Positions 29,134-37,752 of a stretch of 64,000 nt of DNA are shown here, one piece after another; within the stretch, counting starts at the first letter, position 1, and every line of letters begins with the position of its first letter. The position numbers and the translations under genes are program-made. A model generated the notes under the pieces. That model had not been told where the DNA came from. It did no database searches and saw nothing but the letters and a program-made list of their open reading frames with translations. This stretch comes from Rhodospirillaceae bacterium. GTDB taxonomy: Bacteria; Pseudomonadota; Alphaproteobacteria; GCA-2721365. The DNA is taken from assembly GCA_002721365.1 (NCBI GenBank), contig PBKC01000098.1, forward strand, positions 8,993 through 72,992. Reading direction: 5' to 3'.

Positions 29134-30618
29134 ATGAGCGAAGGTCAGTTCGTCATCTCGCTGCGCGAACTCGCGTTTATCGGGTTCAAGCGCAAATGGA
29201 GCATTCTGATCGTCATCTTTACGACGATCGTTTCGGTGCTGGCGTACGTGACTCTGATCGCTTCGCCGCAATACGAGGCGGTGTCGAAACTGATGATGCG
29301 GATCGGCCAGGAATCCGCACCGCCGCCCACTTTTTTGGGCGAGCAGTCGGTGGTCATCGACCAGACTCGCGCCTATGCGGCATCGGAGATCGACATCCTG
29401 ACCAGCTCGGAACTCATCACCAAGCTGATCAGGGAACTGGACCTCGCGAACCTTCCTCAGCCGCCGGTGCCGGACACGCTGTTCGGCCAGATCCGCTACT
29501 ACACCAAGGAGGTGTTTCGGACGGTCTCCGGCTGGATCAACGAAGGCTTGATCGCCATCGGCTTCCGGACCCGTCTCACGCCCGAAGAGCACTTCTTCAC
29601 GCTGTTCAAGAACTCGCTGAATGTCCAAAGCAGTATCGAGAGCACCGTCATCACGGCTGACTTGACCCTTCCCTACCGGGATGTGGTCGCGGTGGCATTG
29701 AACCGGCTGATCGACCTCTATCTGGAATTCCGCCGAGAGCTCTACCACGGCGACACGGCAGTCGCGTTCTTCCGCCAGCGCACGGACGAGGCCCTCAAGC
29801 AGTTGCAGACGGTCGAGGACAAGCTCAGCCGCTTCGAGGACGAGTCGGGGATCCGACTGCTCAAGGAGCAGAAGGTGACCCTTCTGGAAGCGCTTTCCGC
29901 TGCCGAGGAAGAAACCGCTCAGGCGCATGTCGCTCTGCTCATCGCCCAGGAGAAGGTATCGCGGCTGGAGGCGGCCAAGACCGGCAACGGTCGTGATTTT
30001 GCCGGTTTGGGCGACTTCGCCGAAGGCTCCATCGGCCATCAGCTCGTGCTCCAGCTGACGGATGCCGAGCAGAAACGCCAGGACCTGCTGTTCAGCCAGA
30101 GCGCCCAGAGCCCCGCACTGCGCCGGGCGGAAGCGAACATCGATCGGTTGCTGTCGATGCTGGGGGCACATCTCCAGTCGGTTCTGGACGAGCGCCAGGC
30201 TGTCTATCAGGCGAAGCGCTCACGCCAGGAAGACCTCCAGAATCAGCTCGATTCCCTTCATCAGGCGGAAGTGACCTGGAAGGCCGATGTCCGCGAAGTG
30301 GAGAGCGCCGAAAAGACCTACAAGTTCAACAACGACAAGCTGGAAGAGGCTTTGGCGGTTGAAGCGCTGGAGGAGGCGCGCATCGGCAACGTCCTGGTTA
30401 TCCAGGAAGCGCGCACCCCGGCTCAGCCTGTCGGCCTCAGCAAAGCCCTGCTGCTGACCGTCGCGACGATTTTCGGAATCATCGCTGCGATCTGCTGGGC
30501 GGCGCTTCAGGAATTCTTCGACCACCGTGTGTTCACGGTCGAGGAACTCGCGCGGCGCATGAATGCGCCGGCCCTTGCCGTCGTCCCTATTGATCCTCGT
30601 CTTCGTGTCGGAACGTGA
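29134..30618 (+). CDS. polysaccharide co-polymerase / chain-length determinant (Wzz/GumC/EpsF-like)
   Basis: 494 aa. An N-terminal TM (WSILIVIFTTIVSVLAYV), a long coiled-coil-rich periplasmic region and a C-terminal TM (LLLTVATIFGIIAAICWAAL). Confidence 0.8.
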   Translation: MSEGQFVISLRELAFIGFKRKWSILIVIFTTIVSVLAYVTLIASPQYEAVSKLMMRIGQESAPPPTFLGEQSVVIDQTRAYAASEIDILTSSELITKLIRELDLANLPQPPVPDTLFGQIRYYTKEVFRTVSGWINEGLIAIGFRTRLTPEEHFFTLFKNSLNVQSSIESTVITADLTLPYRDVVAVALNRLIDLYLEFRRELYHGDTAVAFFRQRTDEALKQLQTVEDKLSRFEDESGIRLLKEQKVTLLEALSAAEEETAQAHVALLIAQEKVSRLEAAKTGNGRDFAGLGDFAEGSIGHQLVLQLTDAEQKRQDLLFSQSAQSPALRRAEANIDRLLSMLGAHLQSVLDERQAVYQAKRSRQEDLQNQLDSLHQAEVTWKADVREVESAEKTYKFNNDKLEEALAVEALEEARIGNVLVIQEARTPAQPVGLSKALLLTVATIFGIIAAICWAALQEFFDHRVFTVEELARRMNAPALAVVPIDPRLRVGT

Positions 30619-31316
30619 AGCCTCCTCCTCCCCCTCTCTCGAATCGATCCGCAGGGCAGCGAAACGAGGCCCTGACGCCGAATCTCAAGTTCGAAACGCT
30701 CGAGAGCTTTCGCCGCGTGGCACTGTCCTTGGCCAATGCGGTCGACGAGAAGCAGCTGTCCGGGATCGTGTTCGCTTCTCCGACCCGGGGGCAGGGGGCG
30801 ACGACCGTCGCCTACCACGTCGCACGTGACCTGGACCGCGATTTCGGCCTGAAGCCGCTCCTGGTCGAGGTCAACGTCTATCGGCCGATGTATGCACGGG
30901 CTTTCGGACTCGATGTGCGGCGGTCGATCGAGAAGGTCGGCGCGGGCGAATGCTCGGTGGAGGACGCGATTCAGGAAATCCCCGGCGGTCTTTCGGTCAT
31001 CCCGGCCGAAGGGGCGAATGGGGAGGCCAGCACCCGTCTGGCGATCCAGGGGCTTCAGAAGGTCAAGGAAACGGTCAATGACCGATTTCCTATTCTCATC
31101 ATCGACGGACCGCCCATCTTGAGCGCTATCGATTCGATCGCGGCGGGGCGTGTGGTGGGCCATGTCCTCCTGGTTGTGGCAGCGGGGCAATCACCACGTG
31201 AAGCGCTGGCCCGCGTGCGCAAGGAGCTGGACGAGAACAAGGTTGTCCTCTTCGGGACGATCCTGAACAAGCACAAGCGATTCATTCCTGGATGGTTCTA
31301 CCGGTTCATTCGGTGA
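30615..31316 (+). CDS. BY-kinase-like ATPase partner of the PCP, with degenerate Walker A
   Basis: 233 aa. It aligns with the CpsD/EpsG-type layout, but Walker A reads SPTRGQGATTV (no Lys). Walker A' reads LLVEVNVYRP and Walker B reads ILIIDGPP. There is no Tyr-rich tail. GTGA overlap with the PCP gene. Confidence 0.7.
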   Translation: MKPPPPPLSNRSAGQRNEALTPNLKFETLESFRRVALSLANAVDEKQLSGIVFASPTRGQGATTVAYHVARDLDRDFGLKPLLVEVNVYRPMYARAFGLDVRRSIEKVGAGECSVEDAIQEIPGGLSVIPAEGANGEASTRLAIQGLQKVKETVNDRFPILIIDGPPILSAIDSIAAGRVVGHVLLVVAAGQSPREALARVRKELDENKVVLFGTILNKHKRFIPGWFYRFIR

Positions 31317-31373
31317 TCCTGTGCGTTTAGCGGGGAAAGCGGCGACGATCCGCGGCCCACTGGCCGGCATACG

Positions 31374-32705
31374 GTGCTGATTAGAACCTTCAAGTCGCTG
31401 ACGGCTTTTGGGACGAGCGGCGGCAGCATGCGTTGGGCTGCGGGCCTCTCCTTTTTCCTGAAGATGTCGGGAACGGCGCTCGCCTTCGGCGTGCAGCTTC
31501 TTCTCGCGCGACTGATGACGGTGGAGAACTACGGCGTTTACGCCCTGGCGATTACCTGGGCCAACGCGCTGGTGGTTCTTGCCGGGTTCGGCATGCCGAT
31601 GGCCGCGATCCGCTTCGTCGCCGAGCATCAGGCGCGGGTGAACCACAGTCTGATGCGCGGTTTCGTCAGGTTCGGCTACTTGGCGACGATGGTCTCGGCG
31701 ATCCTGGTGGCCATCGGGCTGGCCGCGGTCGTCCTGCTGTTCGATCAGCATCTCTCCGCACAGACCGTGGCCGCTTTCGTGATCGCGGCGCTCATCATCC
31801 CGGCCAACGCCCTCTATATCTTCACCGGCTCGATCCTCCAGGCGCTGCGCCGGATCATGCAGACCGAAGGGCCGCAGCAGGTGTTGCGGCCGCTGTTCAT
31901 CGTGACCGGCGTCGGCATCGTGATTCTCGTTTGGGGGACGGATGCGGTCGACGCGGTGTCGGCCATGTGGGTCACGTTCGCGGCCTCGATTCTCGTGCTG
32001 CTGGTGATGTGGGCGCTGCTGCGCGGTGCCATCCCCGAACCGATGAATGAGGCGGTACCGAGCTACGAGCCGCGCAATTGGCTCGCGATGGGGGCTTCCT
32101 TCCTCGTGTTGCTCGGGTCCGCGTTCCTGAACGAACGAACCGACGTGCTGATGATCGGGTTGCTGTTGGGTTCCGGAGACGCCGGCGTCTACAGCGTCGC
32201 GTCCCGAAACGCACAGTTGCTGGCATTCGGCCTTGCCTCCGCCAACGCCCTGCTCGGGCCATTGACGGCCCGTTTCAATGCTCAGGAGAACATCGGCGAG
32301 CTCCAGCGCGTGGTTACCCAGGGCGCGCGTATCGCCTGCCTGATCTCGTTTCCCGCCGGGATCGTCCTCATTCTGTTCGGGGACTGGATTCTCGGCTTGT
32401 TCGGAGAAGCGTTCAGGCCCGGCTATGGGGCGCTGGTCTGTCTCTGTGCGGCGCAGTTGACCGTGGCGGCGCTGGGCTCCGTGGGCGGGACGCTCGCCTT
32501 GACCGGCCGCAGCCGGATCGTGGCTCAGGCGCTGCTTGGCGGTGTCGCCGTTAATATCGCACTGAATCTTCTATTGATTCCGATGTTCGGACAGATGGGC
32601 GCCGCGCTGGCGACCATGTTTTCGGTGATTGGAACCAATGGCTTTCTCGTCGTAGTCGCCTGGCGCCGTCTGGGTGTTAACACGACGATTTTTCGAATTT
32701 CCTGA
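31374..32705 (+). CDS. Wzx-type polysaccharide flippase (MOP superfamily)
   Basis: 443 aa, multi-TM throughout. The N-terminal segment (FFLKMSGTALAFGVQLLLARLM..ENYGVYALAITW) is typical of polysaccharide biosynthesis/flippase proteins. Confidence 0.8.
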   Translation: MLIRTFKSLTAFGTSGGSMRWAAGLSFFLKMSGTALAFGVQLLLARLMTVENYGVYALAITWANALVVLAGFGMPMAAIRFVAEHQARVNHSLMRGFVRFGYLATMVSAILVAIGLAAVVLLFDQHLSAQTVAAFVIAALIIPANALYIFTGSILQALRRIMQTEGPQQVLRPLFIVTGVGIVILVWGTDAVDAVSAMWVTFAASILVLLVMWALLRGAIPEPMNEAVPSYEPRNWLAMGASFLVLLGSAFLNERTDVLMIGLLLGSGDAGVYSVASRNAQLLAFGLASANALLGPLTARFNAQENIGELQRVVTQGARIACLISFPAGIVLILFGDWILGLFGEAFRPGYGALVCLCAAQLTVAALGSVGGTLALTGRSRIVAQALLGGVAVNIALNLLLIPMFGQMGAALATMFSVIGTNGFLVVVAWRRLGVNTTIFRIS

Positions 32706-32857
32706 ACCGGGTGGGCCTCATGATCGGCAAATCTTGTTCCGCCTCGAAAGAGGTGTCAGCATTCCGCTTCCTGCGAGAGGCGGCCAATTCCAATGCGGCC
32801 CATGCGGGGCGTGCGATTGCCTCTCCGGACCGCCGGTCATCTCAGAGGCTGCGACGA

Positions 32858-35083
32858 ATGACGACGGTTTTCTTAGGCTCCCTGGTGAGCCGGTTTTCCT
32901 CGGCCAAAGCCGGGCGAGAGGGACTCTGGCGGATTTTGCCACGCGCGGGACTGGCGGTGCTGTTCATGGCCGTCTGCTCCGCTTGTGCCGCGGAACCGGG
33001 AGGGGAGTGGCCGAAGAACGGCAGTTTCGAAAGGGGCGATGCGGTTCCGGCGGACTGGGTCCTCGACCCCGCCGTTACCTCCAAGGGAAGCATCGGGATC
33101 GGGACCGAGCGGGTGCAGTCGGGGAGCCACGGCCTGGTTCTTTCGCCGAATGCCGAGAATACGCCCGGTCCGCAGCGTCTCGGGATCGGCCAGCTGGTTC
33201 CGCCCGACGCTTTCCGCGGCGAACGCATCGCGATATCGGCCTGGATGGCAGGGCAGGGAGGGGCCGTTCCCGTGGTCGGACTCCATGCGCTTCGATCGGA
33301 CGGCAGCAGCGCCGGGTCCGTGCTGCTGCGCCCAGAAGTGCAGGACGGCAAGCTCCAGCGCTACGAGGCCGATCTGGATGTCACGATTTCGAGCGACATC
33401 GCCAACCTGATCGTCTTCGTGATCGCCGAGGGGCTGGAGGGAACGGCCTATGTGGATGACGTGGTCATCGCCGAGGCCGGTGCAGGACCGTCTTCTGCCG
33501 CACCGCCGGCCGGCGGCGGCAGTAAGGCCGCTGACGGGAAGGCGTCGATCTCGGTCGATGTGGCCGGGATGGTCCGCCATGTTCCGCCCACTCTGTTCGG
33601 GACGAATGTCGAGTGGATCTTCAACGGCAACGGAATCTGGGTTCCCGGGAAGAACACGTTCGAGCCCGATATCCTCCGATTGACCAAGGACCTCGGCGTC
33701 ACTCTGATCCGGTTTCCCGGCGGCGTGTTCTCGGACTACTACGACTGGCGTGATGGCGTCGGGCCTCAGAGCGAGCGCAAGAAGACGCCTCATCTCCCGG
33801 GCGACAAGAGCGGCGGGTCGCGCCATACCTTCGGGACGGACGAGCTCCTCGCTCTCGCCGATCAGGTCGGCGCGGACGTTCTGATAACCGTCAATGCTGG
33901 GAACGGTACGCCGGAGCTCGCCGCCGACTGGGTGCGGTATGTGAATGGGGAAAACGGCGACAGCCCGCGCTCGCATCGGGTGAAGTACTGGGAAGTCGGC
34001 AACGAACTCTACATGGAGGGCGATCTTTCGGGCGGTGAGATGTCGCCTGAAGAATACGCCGAGACCTTCCTCGCTTTCGCCCGGGCGATGCGGGCCGTTG
34101 ATCCGAATATCAAGCTGGGGGCGGTCGGGCTCAAGAATTTTGGCCGCTATCGGTTCAATGCCCATGACGACTGGAACGAGGTCGTTCTGCGTGAAGCGGG
34201 TAGCGAGATCGACTTTATGGCGATCCACAACGCCTATTCGCCGGTAGTGGGTGACAAGAGCCTCGATCCGGAGCAGGTCTATCGCGCGGCGATGGCGGCT
34301 CCCGTGATGGTGGAACGGAACCTGCGGGATACCGTCGCGCAGATAGACCGGCTGGTTCCCGGCCGCGGCGGCGAGATCGGAATTGGCGTGACCGAGTGGG
34401 GCCCGCTTTACGCTCTCAGCCCGCAGTCGAAGTGGGTGGACCACGTCAAGACGTTGGGGTCCGCGCTTTACGTTTCCGGGGCTTTGAACGCTTTCTTGCG
34501 CGTCCCGGGCGTCGATCTCGCGAACTTCTTCAAGCTGACCGAATACGGTTTCATGGGCTGGATAGGCAAACGCGGGAACGGCTACGCGCCGACCGCGCCC
34601 TATCTGGCGTTCCAACTCTATTCCCGACATTTCGGGGATGTTCTGGTGCCGACGTCCGTGCAGGCTCCGACCTATGACAGCGAGGGGGCCGGCCTGATGG
34701 AAGCGGTCTCCGACGTGCCCATGCTCGACGGTGTGGCGAGCCGCAGCGAAAGCGGGGATCGGGCTTATCTGATCGTGGTCAACAGAAGCTTGGAGTCCGC
34801 GATCGACGCCGAGATCGACGTGTCCGGCTTCGGCGAGGGCTTCAGCGGCACGGCTCGTGTCCTCAGCGGTCCGGCCGTCGACGCCAATACCGGAACCGAG
34901 CTTCCGCGGATTCCCGGTCTCGATTGGGCGAAGCAGGCGGTTGCCGGCTCGAAGGGGCGCTTCGACCGAGGCGGCCCCGGCGAGGTCGGTGTCGAGACCG
35001 TCGATCTTGGCTCGCTCGACGCCCAGTTCACGCACAGCTTTCCACCGCTGTCCGTCACCGCCATCGAGCTGGTTCGACGTTAG
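32858..35083 (+). CDS. secreted CBM + clan GH-A glycoside hydrolase (GH51/GH39-like)
   Basis: The ORF is open from 32711. ATG 32858 gives a signal/lipobox-like LAVLFMAVCSAC. It has a CBM4_9-like N-terminal module (NGSFERGDAVPADWVLDP) and a catalytic core IRFPGGVFSDYYDWRDGVGP...VKYWEVGNELY (acid/base NE motif). Confidence 0.78.
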   Translation: MTTVFLGSLVSRFSSAKAGREGLWRILPRAGLAVLFMAVCSACAAEPGGEWPKNGSFERGDAVPADWVLDPAVTSKGSIGIGTERVQSGSHGLVLSPNAENTPGPQRLGIGQLVPPDAFRGERIAISAWMAGQGGAVPVVGLHALRSDGSSAGSVLLRPEVQDGKLQRYEADLDVTISSDIANLIVFVIAEGLEGTAYVDDVVIAEAGAGPSSAAPPAGGGSKAADGKASISVDVAGMVRHVPPTLFGTNVEWIFNGNGIWVPGKNTFEPDILRLTKDLGVTLIRFPGGVFSDYYDWRDGVGPQSERKKTPHLPGDKSGGSRHTFGTDELLALADQVGADVLITVNAGNGTPELAADWVRYVNGENGDSPRSHRVKYWEVGNELYMEGDLSGGEMSPEEYAETFLAFARAMRAVDPNIKLGAVGLKNFGRYRFNAHDDWNEVVLREAGSEIDFMAIHNAYSPVVGDKSLDPEQVYRAAMAAPVMVERNLRDTVAQIDRLVPGRGGEIGIGVTEWGPLYALSPQSKWVDHVKTLGSALYVSGALNAFLRVPGVDLANFFKLTEYGFMGWIGKRGNGYAPTAPYLAFQLYSRHFGDVLVPTSVQAPTYDSEGAGLMEAVSDVPMLDGVASRSESGDRAYLIVVNRSLESAIDAEIDVSGFGEGFSGTARVLSGPAVDANTGTELPRIPGLDWAKQAVAGSKGRFDRGGPGEVGVETVDLGSLDAQFTHSFPPLSVTAIELVRR

Positions 35084-35198
35084 GCGGGACAGGCTTCCGG
35101 GCGGCGCTCTGCCGCGCGCGGCGGCAGGCGGACAGGGGCGCTATGTCCGGTTCGCGGCGTCAGGGGCTTAAGACGGTCAAAGGCAGGTAACGGCAGGA

Positions 35199-36749
35199 AT
35201 GGTCTTCACCTCCGTCCCATTCCTCTTCGTCTTTCTGCCCGTCGTCCTGATCGGCTTCTTTCTGCTCGTACGTTACAGCAGCCCCTATGCCGCCCGGCTA
35301 TGGCTGCTGATTGCCTCTCTCGTTTTCTATGGCTGGTGGAATCCGGCCTTCATCTTTCTGATCGCGTCTTCGATCGTCGTCAATTTCGGACTCGGCCGGG
35401 TCCTGCTGGCCGAGGGGCGGAACCGGCGGGTGCGCCATCTGGCCCTGGTGGCGGGGATCGTCTTCAATCTCGGGCTGCTCGGTTACTTCAAGTACTACAA
35501 TTTCTTCCTGTCGGTGGTCGGCGATGTCACCGGCTATTCCTTTGCCACCGCCTATATCGTCCTGCCGCTGGCGATCTCGTTCTTCACCTTCCAGCAGATC
35601 GCTTATCTCGCCGATGCCTATGAAGGGCAGGAAAGCCGCTCGCGCTTCACCGACTACGCCCTTTTCGTCTCGTTCTTTCCACAGCTCATCGCCGGTCCGA
35701 TCGTCCGCCACCGCGAGATCATGCCGCAGCTCATGCGGCCCGAAACCTTTCGCTTCGATGCGACGAACCTGCGGGTCGGCGCGACGATCTTCGTCATCGG
35801 GGTTTTCAAGAAGGCGGTTCTGGCCGACAGCCTGGCTACCTATGTCGATCCGCTGTACCTGCAGGCGGAAGCCGGCCCCGATCTCGATCTGGTGGCGGCC
35901 TGGGCGGCATCGATCGGCTTCGCGCTCCAGGTTTACTTCGACTTTTCAGCCTATTCCGACATGGCCACCGGGCTCGCCCGCATGGTGAACGTGGTCCTGC
36001 CCACGAACTTCTTTTCGCCCTACAAGGCGACCAACTATGTCGAGCTCTGGCGGCGCTGGCATGTGACGCTGACGGGCTTCTTCCGCGACTATCTGTTCGT
36101 CCCGCTCACTCGCGGGCGCCACAGCCGCATGACCCAGTACGCGGTGGTTTTCCTGGTCATGGTCCTTGCAGGATTGTGGCACGGCGCCGGCTGGACCTTC
36201 CTTCTGTTCGGCGTGGTCAATGGCGCTTTCCTGGTCGTCAACTACGTCTGGCGCCGCGCCCAGCGCCGACTTCATCTGCCGTTTCCGGGGAAGGGAAGCT
36301 GGGGACGGGGGGTGGCCTGGGCACTGACCTTCGGCGGCTGGCTGATCGGGGTGCCCTTCTTCCGCTGCGCGACCGTCGACGGGGCGGAACGCGTGCTCGA
36401 AGGCATGGCGGGACTGAACGGGATCGCGCTTCCCCGCTCTCTCCATGCGATGGTCGGCGGAGTTTCCTGGATTCAGGAGAGCGGCATGGGCGGCATCCAG
36501 ATGGCCACCATGCTCGCTTGGCTCGCCGGCGGCATGGCGATCGTGCTGTTGCTGCCCAACACGCTCCAGTGGCTCGAACGCTTTCAGCCGACCCTGGATT
36601 ATCGGCGGTTCGCGAATGTTCCCTCGGCGATCACGGCTGCTTGGCGGCCCAGCCTCGTGACCGCCATGGCTCTGGGCGTTCTCCTGTTCATCGCGGTTCA
36701 GGCGATGGTCGGCGGGCGATCGCCCGAATTCATCTATTTCCGGTTCTGA
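35199..36749 (+). CDS. MBOAT-family membrane O-acyltransferase (AlgI/DltB-like)
   Basis: 516 aa, multi-TM. FFPQLIAGPIVR, YFDFSAYSDMA and WRRWHVTLTGFFRDYLF contain the conserved MBOAT His. Confidence 0.9.
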   Translation: MVFTSVPFLFVFLPVVLIGFFLLVRYSSPYAARLWLLIASLVFYGWWNPAFIFLIASSIVVNFGLGRVLLAEGRNRRVRHLALVAGIVFNLGLLGYFKYYNFFLSVVGDVTGYSFATAYIVLPLAISFFTFQQIAYLADAYEGQESRSRFTDYALFVSFFPQLIAGPIVRHREIMPQLMRPETFRFDATNLRVGATIFVIGVFKKAVLADSLATYVDPLYLQAEAGPDLDLVAAWAASIGFALQVYFDFSAYSDMATGLARMVNVVLPTNFFSPYKATNYVELWRRWHVTLTGFFRDYLFVPLTRGRHSRMTQYAVVFLVMVLAGLWHGAGWTFLLFGVVNGAFLVVNYVWRRAQRRLHLPFPGKGSWGRGVAWALTFGGWLIGVPFFRCATVDGAERVLEGMAGLNGIALPRSLHAMVGGVSWIQESGMGGIQMATMLAWLAGGMAIVLLLPNTLQWLERFQPTLDYRRFANVPSAITAAWRPSLVTAMALGVLLFIAVQAMVGGRSPEFIYFRF

Positions 36750-36759
36750 GGCCGGAACC

Positions 36760-37752
36760 TTGCGCTATGTGACCGCCATCATTGCCACAGCGGCCCTGTG
36801 CGCTGGCATATGGTTTGCTTTGTACGACAAGGTCATGGTGCCGGGGCCGGAAGCGGAGTGGGTGTGGCGCATGTACGAAGCGAAATCGGATGCGGCGCGC
36901 GCCATCGACGGTCCTATGCTGCTCGTGGTAGGCGGGTCGGGTGCCCATTTCGGCATCGATACCAACATGATTGAGGAGCGATTGGGTCTCCCTTCGGTCA
37001 ATTTCGGGTCCCATGGCGGGCTCGGAATCGACTATTACCTCTACCGTGCGCGCAAGGTCCTCTCTGCCGGCGATACCGTTCTGATGGCGATCGAGTACGA
37101 ACTGTTCGACCAGCTCGATTTTCCCACCGATCTGCTGCGCGAGGTCATCTACTTCCATGACTCGGACTATGTCCTTCGTCAGCCCGTTTGGGCGTGGCCG
37201 CAGTTCTATTTCGCGCTGACGCCCAACGAGTTGATCACCCGGGTGACCGCTGCCGTGCGGACCGATCAGCCGCTGATCTTCGGCCGCTTCCGCCTCTCGG
37301 CCGATTCCCTCGACCAGCGGGGGAACGAGACGGTGAACAAGGCCTCTATCGTCGATTCGTTCCTGCACGAGGTGGTGCTGGCCGATCCCCCGGTCCGGGT
37401 CTTCCAGGAACCGAAGGCGGAGATCGTCCAGTCCGTCGCCGCGTTCGTTGACTGGTGCCGGCAGCACCAGGTCGAGGTCGTCGCCACCTGGCCGAATGTC
37501 CTTCGCCGACCGGCTTATTCGGAGCCGCCCTATCCGGCGTTTTTCACCGAATTCCAGCGGCTCTATGCGGCGCTGGGCGTCCCGATGGTCGGTCGGCCCG
37601 AGGATGCGATGCTCGACCTCGACGACATGTTCGACACGGCCTATCACCCCAACGATCTGGGGCGTGCCGTGCGGACCGCGCGTCTGGTCGACTCGCTTTG
37701 CGCTTTCCATCCCTGCCCCTGGGATGCCGACAACCCGGAACGGGTTCAATGA
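36760..37752 (+). CDS. putative O-acylation accessory protein (N-terminal anchor; SGNH/DltD/AlgJ-like by position)
   Basis: 330 aa with a single N-terminal TM (VTAIIATAALCAGIWFAL). GGSGAHFG near the N-terminus and DTAYHPND near the C-terminus could be SGNH block I / block V analogues. The assignment rests mostly on synteny with the MBOAT gene. Confidence 0.5.
   Translation: MRYVTAIIATAALCAGIWFALYDKVMVPGPEAEWVWRMYEAKSDAARAIDGPMLLVVGGSGAHFGIDTNMIEERLGLPSVNFGSHGGLGIDYYLYRARKVLSAGDTVLMAIEYELFDQLDFPTDLLREVIYFHDSDYVLRQPVWAWPQFYFALTPNELITRVTAAVRTDQPLIFGRFRLSADSLDQRGNETVNKASIVDSFLHEVVLADPPVRVFQEPKAEIVQSVAAFVDWCRQHQVEVVATWPNVLRRPAYSEPPYPAFFTEFQRLYAALGVPMVGRPEDAMLDLDDMFDTAYHPNDLGRAVRTARLVDSLCAFHPCPWDADNPERVQ

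Noticed and set aside
37455-37748. N-terminal extension of the Wzy_C ORF; the track start is 37455.
   Set aside because: The extension lies entirely inside the preceding gene (36760..37752) in another frame and is Arg/Pro-rich. ATG 37749 gives an ATGA-coupled start, followed immediately by membrane helices.
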